The position numbers and the translations under genes were made by a program. From NCBI RefSeq assembly GCF_006345805.1, contig NC_043013.1, positions 3,534,001-3,598,000 on the forward strand: a stretch of 64,000 nucleotides of DNA, given 5' to 3'. This DNA is from Octopus sinensis. Lineage: Eukaryota. Positions 51,873-62,472 of this stretch are shown here, piece by piece (position 1 is the stretch's first letter; the number at the start of each line of letters is the position of its first letter). The notes beneath the pieces are model-generated. The model was given only the letters and a program-made list of their open reading frames with translations, was not told the origin of the DNA and did no database searches.

Positions 51873-52081
51873 CAGATATATATATATATATATTATATAT
51901 ACAGATCTATAAATATATATATATATATATACCGTATTTTAACGTATAAGAGGAACCCTATTTCATCAAAAATTATGTTTAAAAGTATGGGAGTTTCTTA
52001 TACATGGATATTATTATAATCCCTTACAAAACTGTTTTTCGAAATTTTAAGCCCAAAAATACAATATATATATATACTCAT

Positions 52082-52275
52082 TACTCTTTTACTTGTTTCA
52101 CTCCTTTGACTGTGGCCATGCTGGAGCACCGCCTTTGGTCGAGCAAATCGACCCCAGGACTTATTCTTTGTAAGCCGAGTACTCATTCTATCGGTCTCTT
52201 TTGTCGAACGGGGACGTAAACACACCGGCTTCGGTTGTCAAGCGATGTTGGGCGGGGGGACAAACACATACATTC

Positions 52276-52306
<31 letters not shown>

Positions 52307-52380
52307 CATACATATATACGACGGGCTTCTTTCAGTTTCCGTCTACGAAATGCACTCACAAGGCTTTGGTCGACCCGGGG

Positions 52381-52385
<5 letters not shown>
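52082..52385 (-). mobile_element. SINE family A, 5'-truncated
   Basis: Homology to the other copies. Confidence 0.85.
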
Positions 52386-52413
<28 letters not shown>

Positions 52414-52578
52414 AAAAAAGCATATATATATACGTGTGTATTTATGTGTGTACTTTATATATATATATATATATAATTAATAGATATAAGGGTAGCAAAA
52501 AAATTCTCCGCTACCAGCGGTCTAGTGAGAAAGAAAAGATAGTCAAAGACTATATAATATACATTGAACAACATAAGG

Positions 52579-52748
52579 AATGGCCCTGATAGGCCATTCG
52601 ACTCACTAGAAAGAGCAGCCAAACTCAAACCGCTAAATAGTTGTAATTCTGAAATTGGAAGAGAAATAAAAACATTTCTCTTCCAATTTCAGAATTACAA
52701 CTATTTGGCTGCTCTTTCTAGTGAGTCGAATGGCCTATCAGGGCCATT
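52579..52748. repeat. Long palindrome: 75-bp paired arms, 6-nt loop, one 14-nt bulge
   Basis: 52579-52667 vs 52674-52748 reverse complement. Confidence 0.85.
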
Positions 52749-53384
52749 TTTTATATTGTTGAATATATATATATATATATTGTACTTGGGGATGGTCATT
52801 TTATTTTTTGTTTCCTTGCCAAATAAACACACACACACTCGTTTATTACTTTTATTTTATTTTTTGAATGCCTGTCCATTGTCAGGAAATCTTTCATCAC
52901 ACATCTGTGACCTCTTCAGCGACTTCGTTTCGGTGTGTGTTCTTGCACCCACTCCATTCTGTTCTTCTATGATGTGTATCTTTATGTGCGTATGCGTTTG
53001 TGTCCCTGTGTGTGTGCGCGTCCGTGTGTGTTTGCGTGTATGTGTATGGGTGTGTATACTTGTGTGTGTGTCACAGCTTTTAGGAGCAGTGTGGCCTACC
53101 CCTCAACCCCAACCTCTCACCGCATAGTGCTGCTGCTGTTTCTAAGACCCCAGAAAAAAAAGGGAAGATACAGTTCCTGTGTTCCTCTCCGTATGTGTGT
53201 TTGTCCATGGTGTTGCTATCGTGGTAGTTGTTGTTGTTATTGCCATCTTTGGTACTGCTACTGACCATGTTAGTTGTGTTGTTGACAGCATGCAGCTGTC
53301 CATGAGGTTTCATGGTCGTGTGTGTTTGGGTTTGCTTTGTGTGTATCCATGCCCTTTATATAGTTTTAATTATTTTACCTATCT

Positions 53385-53802
53385 CAGATCTTTTCGGTTT
53401 GAACGGCAGTTTTTTTCTAGCGGTGTCATATGAAATTGTCACCCATAATTATGACCCTAGTATCGATCTATTGCATTTCAATATGTTTTAGGGTTAGGCT
53501 TAGGGGTTGGGGGAAGGGTATCTTTTTTCTTCAGAAATGTAAATAAACCCAATCTGTTTTTTAAACGAGGGACATATTCATACGGCACAGAATGTTTTTT
53601 ACCTCAATGGACGTCATCGATTGGTTGAAATTGCAGAAATTGAAGAAAAAAACAACAAATATCTTACAAACTATAGAATTTTCTCAATAAAGCCAAGAGA
53701 AAAAAATGCTTTATAAACACATTCTACCAGTATACGAAGTTTTAAATTTTTTAGTTACCTAGAAATTATGTTAAAAACTGCCATTCAAACCGAAAAGATC
53801 TG
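53385..53802. mobile_element. MITE with approx 30-bp TIRs
   Basis: cagatcttttcggtttgaacggcagttttt ... aaaaactgccattcaaaccgaaaagatctg (1 mismatch). Confidence 0.8.
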
Positions 53803-53850
53803 TTTTCTTTATTCTTCCTTCTTGCCTCTCTCTTCAAATCATTACTGTCT

Positions 53851-54243
53851 TTAGTCATGTGGTGTGATGTGGTGAAGGGTGTTACTGTTCCATTCATGCT
53901 TTCTACTGAGGCTCTGTCTGTCTACTGTTATGTGTGTAGCCTCTGTGATCTGTCTAAGTGTCGTGTCAGTTCTATGTGTCGATAGTGCTTCAACCTCTAT
54001 GTTATTAATTGAACCGACATGCTCTACCTGAGCATGTTGGTAGAGCACTGACGAGCTTTTCCCTTTTCTGAGCTCTGGCCAATGTTCACCTGTACACTCC
54101 CCTATGCTGTGTGCAGTCTTTCCTATGTAGGTAGTTATGTTTCTGCACCGGCTGCCAGTAAATCGTAAGCTATACACTATATTCCTAACCTTATAGTTAA
54201 CCTGTGGCTTCATCCTACATGCAACACAATTGTACAGGGGCAC
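53851..54243 (-). mobile_element. GIY-YIG endonuclease remnant of a Penelope-like element
   Basis: ORF contains NIVY...YIGKT...GEH...SSVLYQH...EH...IEVEAL...RQITEATHI...SLSRKHEW, the PLE Uri/GIY-YIG pattern. Confidence 0.75.
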
Positions 54244-54601
54244 CGGGCCTCTCCACTACTTTAATTCATAGATTAGCCTTAATGTTTTTCTAAACAGGTG
54301 TGCAAGTTCGCCGCCAAGGGTAGCATCGACGAACATGACACTCAGGTATTTTTTGCTGTCATACCAAGTGTTGGCCCTATTTATCTTATTACTGGTCCTT
54401 TCCATGCTGATCCTGGATTTACTCCTGTACAGTGGGCAGATCTCCTAAGCATCACTCTCTATGATGGCTCCTTTGTACTTAGTCCCTGGCTCCTTTGTAC
54501 ACTCTAATCCTGTTCCTTTGCCTGTAGCCAGACAACTGCATGCGGTGGATGAAGCATTGTATGAGTCTTTCCAATTCCATAGGGTCGCACACATGAGACA
54601 C

Positions 54602-54658
<57 letters not shown>

Positions 54659-54694
54659 GTTTATATATATATACATATACATATATATATCAGA

Positions 54695-54941
54695 GGCATG
54701 TAAAAAGCACCATTCGAGCGTGGTTGATGCCAGTGTCGCCTGACTGGCCCCCATGCCAGTGACACATAAAAAGCACCTGCTACACTTTTGAATTGGTTGG
54801 CATTAGGAAGGGCATCCAGCTGTAGAAACTCTGCCAGATGAGATTGGAGTCTGGTGCAGCCATCTGGTTCGCCAGACCTCAGTCAAATCGTCCAACCCAT
54901 GCTAGCATGGAAAGTGGACGTTAAACGATGATGATGATGAT
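54695..54941 (+). mobile_element. RTE 3'-tail fragment
   Basis: Same tail as 42222-42400; ends (GAT)n. Confidence 0.85.
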
Positions 54942-55744
54942 AGCAATAATAAATCTCTGAGCGAGATGTAAATAGTAGCAGCACAGCCAGTGCCCAATCA
55001 GTATTTGTGAAGGGAAATCATGGTTCCCATCTCTAGCCTTACGTGATACACACGGACTCGAGTTTCACTACTCAGAAATCCAGGTCCATGTGTATCACAT
55101 AAGACTAGAGATGGGATCGGACACAAACAGTATGTTGTTAGCCAGCTGGAGAAGATGTCATCCTGGGGCTATAAACTATAGTAGCATCGTCCCATATGGG
55201 TCAGCCACATTTAGATGACAAATATACTTCACGATAAATATATATATATAAAATAATCCAGGTGGCCAGCAGCAATTTAAAACCAACAAGGAAATAATTC
55301 ACAGTCACTAAGAGTGACAAGGGTGCAGTGAGCACAAGCATTGCTAGAAATAGGAGTCGTAAGCTCCTTAGCCACAAAAGCACATAGTCTCTTTGTATGG
55401 ATAGAGGAGATGCATTAGATTAGCATGTTAATTTTGTATAGGAAATTAATACTCATCAGTAATGCTCACTCCATCACAGCTGGTAGAGACCAACACACCC
55501 TGTCAATGTTATGGAGGATGCCATTGGAATCAGAGACTGATTTCACAAAATGTGGAAATTATAAAATAATCAAGGTGACTAGCAGTAATTTAAAACCAAG
55601 GAGATAATTCACCGTCACTATATATAAACTGACACAGAGTATGATCTAAAAAAAAGAAAAAAAGAAAACAACTAGCCTCTCATCTGCATCTTCACAAAAA
55701 CTGCAATGGTTTTTTATGAGCATGTGGTTTGTATAATTTTTTGT

Positions 55745-56158
55745 GGGTAGGAGTGGCTGTGTAGTAAGTAGCTTGCTTACCAACCACATGGTTCCGGGTT
55801 CAGTCCCACTGCGTGGCATCTTGGGCAAGTGTGTTCTGCTATAGCCTCGGGCCGACCAATGCCTTGTGAGTGGATTTGGTAGACGGAAACTGAAAGAAGC
55901 CTGTCGTATATATGTATATATATATATGTATGTGTGTGTATATGTTTGTGTGTCTGTGTTTGTCCCTCTAGCATTGCTTGACAACCGATGCTGGTGTGTT
56001 TACGTCACCGTCACTTAGCAGTTCGGCAAAAAGAGACCGATAGAATGAGTACTGGGCTTACAAAGAATAAGTCCTGGGGTCGATTTGCTCGACTAAAGGC
56101 GGTGCTCCAGCATGGCCACAGTCAAATGACTGAAACAAGTAAGAGTAAAAAGAGAGAG
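55745..56158 (+). mobile_element. SINE family A, full length
   Basis: Complete head, central microsatellite and tail. Confidence 0.92.
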
Positions 56159-56496
56159 GAAGGAGGCAGGACATTTGATCACAGTGTAACCATATTTTGT
56201 TTATAGAAATCTCACAGATTGTAGTTTAACATTTGTTACTAGGCTGTTCTAAATTCATGGAAATATTGCTTATAATTTAAAGCATTGTTATTAAACTTTT
56301 GAAAATAGTGACACTACCCTGGTAGGAGATGTATTGATGGGGTGATGAATAACCGAGAGGAAGGATGGAATGATGGTCAGAATTTGGTAAGTTCAGAACT
56401 TAAAGTTCATTTATTCGTTATTTCATTAAAGACTGCTACTTTGGCTGTGCAGACTTAATCATGAGTGGAATATATATATATATATATATATATATA

Positions 56497-56669
56497 CGTA
56501 AAAAGCACCCACTACACTCGCGGAGTGGTTGGCGTTAGGAAGGGCATCCAGCCGTAGAAACTCTGCCAGATCAGACTGGAGCCTGGAGCAGCCCCTGGCT
56601 TCCCAGACCCCGGTCGAACCGTCCAACCCGTGCTAGCGCGGAAAATAGACGTTAAACGATGATGATGAT
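56497..56669 (+). mobile_element. RTE 3'-tail fragment
   Basis: Homology; (GAT)n end. Confidence 0.85.
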
Positions 56670-57008
56670 ATATATATATACCGTTATTTTATATATTATG
56701 ACATTTATTTCAATTAGGCTATTATACATTTTATTATGTTTATTTAATAGATAATTAAATTACATTAAGAAAATATGAAGTATGCCATAATGATAATTTA
56801 ACAATCTTGAATAATTTTAATTCATAAATACCTTGCATGATACTCCTCCGGCTGTTTATGGTTGGCCAAGATCATCCTGCCCAGAGTGCGGAAGGACATC
56901 GACATCTTGTTGGGGTTCAGTGTCTTGATCTGCCTGACCATGCTAATTAGCTGTTAGCAGATTAGTGAAACTGTGCTCACCATTGTGTATATATGTGTAT
57001 GTGTGTAA

Positions 57009-57298
57009 ATATCAAATGGAAATAGTAGTTGTGATACCTGTGCCGGTGGGACGTAAAAAGCACCATCTGAACGTGGCTGATGCCAGCGCCGCCTTGACTG
57101 GCTTCTGTGCCGGTGGCACGTAAAAAGCACCCACTACACTCACGGAGTGGTTGGCATTAGGAAGGGCATCCAGCTGTAGAAACACTGCCAGATCAGACTG
57201 GAGCCTGGTGCAACCTCCTGGCTTCCCAGACCCCGGTCGAACCGTCCAACCCATGCTAGCACAGAAAACGGATGTTAAATGATGATGATGATGATGAT
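57009..57298 (+). mobile_element. RTE 3'-tail fragment
   Basis: Homology; (GAT)n end. Confidence 0.85.
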
Positions 57299-57479
57299 AC
57301 ACACACACACGTTTTTATATAATTGTTTTGCAAGATTTTTGATGTGAACAGGAGGAGACACATGGGATGGAGGGTCACAGGTGTATGATGAAAGATTTCA
57401 GACATTGGGAACTACATGCAGTGGTAGCATGTTGTCAACAAATAGGTCTACAATCTTTCTGTCCACCATAGACTGATGG

Positions 57480-58140
57480 ATGTCAGTGCCAGAGGTTTGG
57501 GCAAACGCTTCGCCAATCCTGGGCTGGCATAATTCCTTTGTTCATGTGATAACTAGCTACTGGCACTGCTACCAGAAGATTGCCTGTGTTTCGCATGAGA
57601 AGAGCCGGCCTTGATCCTCTTCTCAAACTAGATGGTATGTGCTTGGTGTTTCCTCGACATGTGACTTCAAGTTGTAGAGGCTCGCTGCTTGTCCCCTGAT
57701 AGTGGTCACTTTGGGCTGGTACATGATGCACTGGAAGTACAGGATTTTGGCATTCCTCTTATCCCTTAATAAGAGGTGGGGCCATGGCTTCTGAGATGCC
57801 TGGGTCTCAACCTGAGTGGCTTCTGCCTCACCCACAGCCGTTGCAGACTCCTCAACAGGCCCTTCATCCTCAGGCCCAACAAAAACGTTTTCACCTTCCA
57901 TAATGATAAGTGATAACTTGATGAGTTAATAATGTACACTGCTGTTGCTGATACCAAAAGACTGTCAGCAATGGGACAACGTCGTAAGTGAACACAGCTC
58001 AAAACAGCAGAATTACACAATACTGCTCAGCTGACTATCTGTATGCATGACAAGATGTGATTGGTTGATGCAACAGCAGCCAGCTGAGCAGCATTGTGTA
58101 ATTCTGCAGTTTTGAGTTATGTTATTCTTCCTACTACCGT
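57480..58140 (-). mobile_element. Possible hAT-like DNA transposon remnant
   Basis: Decayed frame with a BED-finger-like pattern (YFQCIMYQPK...NLKSHV) and a 36-bp inverted repeat upstream. Confidence 0.35.
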
Positions 58141-58466
58141 CTGCTCATAACAATAAAGCTATTTCATTGAACAAGAGGGTTCTCTTTCATTTTGCAAGCT
58201 AGAAATTGAGCTTCACACATACTGGTGCTATAGAATAAAGCAGAAATAAAGTGGAATTTAAGAGAGCTGATAACAAGGCACTTCTTCTATAGTGTTGGTG
58301 CTATAAAAAATGCACCTTGTAATCTCTGTAAAGTGGTTGACATTAAGAATGGCATCCAATCATAGAATGCATGCTTGAACTGAGACACTGGAGCAAAACA
58401 TTAACCTCTGGTCTGTTGGTTTCTGTTGAACCAGCATGGAAAACAGACATAAACTGCTGCTGCTGT

Positions 58467-59495
58467 ATCATCATCATCATCATCATCATCATTTAACGTC
58501 CGCTTTCCATGCTAGCATGGGTTGGACGGTTCAACTGGGGTCTGGGGAGCCCGAAAGCTGCACCAGTCCAGTCAGATCTGGCAGTGTTTCTACAGCTGGA
58601 TGCCCTTCCTAACGCCAACCACTCCGAGAGTGTAGTGGGTGATTTTATGTGCCACCGACACAGGTGCCAGACGAGGCTGGCAAACGGCCACGCTTGGATG
58701 GTGTTTTTTATGTGCCACCGACACAGGTGCCAGACGAGGCTGGCAGACGGCCACGCTCGGATGGTGTTTTTTATGTGCCACCGACACAGGTGCCAGACGA
58801 GGCTGGCAGACAGCCACGCTCGGATGGTGTTTTTTATGTGCCACCACACAGGTGCCAGACGAGGCTGGCAGACGGCCACGCTCGGATGGTGTTTTTTATG
58901 TGCCACCGACACAGGTGCCAGATGAGGCTGGCAAAAGGCCACGATCGGATGGTGCTTGTTACGTGCCCACAGCACGGAGGCCAGTCGATGTGGTACTGGC
59001 TACGGCCACGTTCTGATGGTTTTCTTATGTGCCCCGTGCCACCGGCACTGGTACCACAAGATACAAATTCCATTGATGTTCATCTATTTTGATTTGTTTT
59101 GATTTTCACTTGCCTCAGCAGGTCTTCACAAGTGTCACAAGAAGGAAGGTATGCACAGGTGGACTGACTACGTCCCAGGTAGGGGCCATGGGTTATGGCC
59201 TGACTAGTCTTGCCGGGTCTTCGGATGGTGTTTTTTATGTGCCACCGACACAGGTGCTAGATGAGGCTGGCGAACGGCCACGATCGGATGGTGTTTGTCA
59301 TGTGCCCACCGCACTGACTACAGCACTGATGAATTTCTTGTGTGCCACAGGCACTGGTACCACAAGATACAAATTCCATTGATGTTCATCTATTTTGTCT
59401 ATTTTGATTTCATTTGATTTTCACTTGCCTCAACTGGTCTTCACAAGTGTCACAAGAAGGAAGGTATGCACAGGTGGACTGACTAGTCTTGCCGG
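58467..59495 (-). mobile_element. RTE 3'UTR fragment with internal 63-bp tandem array and approx 310-bp duplication
   Basis: (ATC)n tail at 58467; units start at 58647, 58710, 58773, 58836 and 58898; 59048-59175 repeated at approx 59353-59485. Confidence 0.85.
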
Positions 59496-60018
59496 ACAGA
59501 TGAGATCCAGAGATTATCCATATATTCCATCTTTTAACTACACTACATTAAGATCTGCAACATAAGATCTTCTCTACCCTAGTGACGGAGGCTCATCTTA
59601 TCCAATGTTGATTGTGTCCATTACAGCCACATATTGTGATGAACTAAATCTACCATCATTGTTATGGATTGCCGACCTCCCAGAAATGGCTGTCAGAGTT
59701 ATAACACCTTTCTTCCACTCAATTAATTTTCTCTTTGTTTGTATTCTGTGTAAGCTGGACATATTATAAAATATCTATATATTTACATTTAAAAATTCAG
59801 CAACTGAAAGTCTCCACCTTTTGCATGTATACATAGATAGGTATATTGTTGACAGCATAAGAATAAACTTTCAAGACAACACGAAATAATTTTTTTTGAA
59901 ATAGTATATGCATCTTGAAACACCCAGCGTTTCCATACTATTATTTATAGTTTTACATGATCACTTTAAGATATATTATTCCCAAAAGAAAATATATATA
60001 TACACACACACATATATA

Positions 60019-60885
60019 CAGCGTGCTATGGGTAGATTGTTACCGTTTTATATTTTCAATTTCACGTATGTGCATTGTTTGTTTTTGATTTTGTTGACTA
60101 CACAGTATAGTAGGGTCAGTTGGATAACATTTGTGAGAAAAACAGCACCATGACACAATTTACTCTGCCAGAAATTTGGAAATGTCATGCTCTACTGCTT
60201 GGCATTCACACTGGAATCTCCACTACAAACATTTCAGTTTTTGGGTGTCAATTTGAGGATATGTACTGAGGGTGATACAAATCAAACATCCATTCACCAT
60301 CATGTTGTTTGTAGTGACCACTAGTGATGGTGGCGTTATGCCTCCATTCATCTTCCCACATGGCCTCAGACTCAACACGGAGATCTTTATAAAGTTCCCA
60401 GTGGAGGTAGTGCTGCTCTGGGTCAAGAGGGTGGCTGCTGGAACACCCTATGTCTAGCAACGGGACTCTGCACTATGCTACACAAGCAGGAGAACCCAAT
60501 CATGGATGTCAAACAATTTCTGCGACCACATCACCCCTAACATGTGGCAACCTAACTCCCCAGACTGCAACCCCCTTGATAATTATGCATGGGGTGCTGC
60601 TGAGCAAGAGACCAACAAAAGTTCTTGTAACACCAAAGATGAAGGCAAGGATTATGGCAGCATTCATCAACTTAAACAAGGAGACCGTCCAGAAGAGTTG
60701 CAGGAGATTCCAAAGTTGTCTGGAAGCTGTGATTGAAGCCAATAGTAATTTTATTGAATAGATTTACTCTTTAGTATTTCAAGACATTTTTTTTGTAATT
60801 TTGGTAAATATTTCTGTTAAAATGACATGTCAGCATTATTTTCATTTTCGCATAATTTAGACGACAATTTATTCACTGCACCCTG
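60019..60885 (+). mobile_element. Internally deleted Tc1/mariner-superfamily DD37D (maT-type) transposon
   Basis: Transposase C-terminus with DSA(x)...PNSPDCNPLD, 37 residues between the two Asp; TA|CAGCGTG left end and CACCCTG|TA right end; stops and frameshifts. Confidence 0.85.
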
Positions 60886-60904
60886 TACATTAGACACTGG
60901 CACC

Positions 60905-61250
60905 GGTGTAGCAGTGTGGTAAGTAGCTTGCTTCCCAACCACATGCTTCTGGGTTTAGTCCCACTACATGGTACCTTGGTGTCTTCTACTAACAGCCTTG
61001 TGAGTTGACTTGGTTGGCGGAGATTGAAAGAATTCCATTATATATATATATGTGTATGTGTTTGTCTTTGTGCCAGTGGTTGCCCCTCACCAGCGCTTGA
61101 TGACAGGTATTGCTTTGTTTACAAGCCCATTAGTTAGCAGTTTGGCAAGAAGACCAATGGAATAAGTACTAGGGGTCAATTCATTCAACTGGAAATTTTT
61201 CAAGGCAGTACCCCAGCATGGCCACAGTCTAATAACTGAATCAGATAAAT
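60905..61250 (+). mobile_element. SINE family A, old diverged copy
   Basis: Homology to the other copies. Confidence 0.7.
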
Positions 61251-61423
61251 GATAAATCTGAGCTATATGTATGTACATATGTGTATATATATATATATAC
61301 TAGCAGAGATACCTGGCGTTGCCTGTATTATATGTGATTGAAGAATTAGGCTTTTCTGTAATGAACTGGAATACCTATAATTCGAATTTCATCAAAATTG
61401 CGGATGAGGGTTCTTTCCCTCTG

Positions 61424-62002
61424 TACACACATTTTTTTTCTCTCCTTATTTTCTGTGTCCCTTTCTGTAGAAGAGCGTAGGCTCGAAACGTAAAAGACTT
61501 TTTCTATTCCTGAGCGTTATACTAATACATGTTTCTTTTGTACACCTCCTGTCTTCATCTTTTGTTTTTTCGTAAACTCTCCCTACGTATATCACACACT
61601 CACGTGGTCGCACATGTTGATCCTGTCATTTCTTACCACTATGAACTTCTCCACTGGACTCTTTATCTACCCTTTACGGATTCTCGTTTGGATATTTACC
61701 CTCCGGCTGCACCTCTCCTACCTACGGATCACTGTGGACTCTACTTTTGATGAGAAATCCTTGCAACACACCTCGACGTCAAAAAACCTTTGAACTTTAC
61801 GTAAAACTGTTATTATTGTCATTACTTTATTTTTATACTTTCTAAACTTCCCTGTGATCGTTAGCCACTACACACATTTTTTTTCTCTCCTTGTTTTTTC
61901 TGTGTCCCTTTCTGTAGAAGAGCATAGGCTCGAAACGTAAAAGACTTTTTCTATTCCTGAGTGTTATACTAATACATCTTTTGTTTTTTCGTAAACTCTC
62001 CC

Positions 62003-62004
<2 letters not shown>
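61424..62004 (+). mobile_element. Direct-repeat element (two PLE-type termini flanking approx 280 bp), each repeat with a hammerhead-like motif
   Basis: 61424-61585 and 61869-62004 are near-identical direct repeats. Confidence 0.75.
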
Positions 62005-62034
<30 letters not shown>

Positions 62035-62038
62035 ATAT

Positions 62039-62070
<32 letters not shown>

Positions 62071-62134
62071 CATAGACACACACACAAAATGATAAATTGA
62101 TAGATACATCTGAATGGACAAACAAAAGTATGAG

Positions 62135-62472
62135 ACACTGCCTAGTGCTTTTTTTTTTATTTTGATAAACCTGGTAGTTATTCTATTAGTTTCTTCTTGT
62201 GAAACCACTAAGTTATGGGGATGTAAATAAACAAACAGCAGTTGTGAAGCAGTGATGAGGGAGAAACACAGAGACAAAGACACACGCATACACTTACATA
62301 TATATATATACGATTGATTTCTTTCAATTTCTGTCTACAAAATCAACTGACAAGGCTCTGCTTGGTCTGAGGCTATAGCAGAAGACACATGCCAAGTCAC
62401 CACACAGTGGGACTGAATCCAGGACCATGTGTTTTGGAACCAAGTTTGTTACCACATAGCCACATCTGCACC
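62135..62472 (-). mobile_element. SINE family A, diverged
   Basis: Homology to the other copies. Confidence 0.7.

Noticed and set aside
50430-53400. Head-to-head gene on the plus strand sharing the TDP-43 promoter
   Set aside because: No convincing exon or protein motif; ORF 52564..53127 is a by-product of the palindrome and microsatellites.
53488-53505. Telomeric TTAGGG repeats
   Set aside because: Only about three degenerate units, inside a MITE.
58647-58960. HDV-like ribozyme in the 63-bp unit (CCA-GCCUCGUC-UGG resembles P3/L3)
   Set aside because: I could not build a contiguous P1 or any P2 pairing; only the P3/L3 look-alike is present.
58493-59092. CRISPR array or repeat-protein ORFs
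   Set aside because: Head-to-tail 63-bp units without unique spacers, inside an RTE 3'UTR of a eukaryote; the ORFs arise because 63 is divisible by 3.
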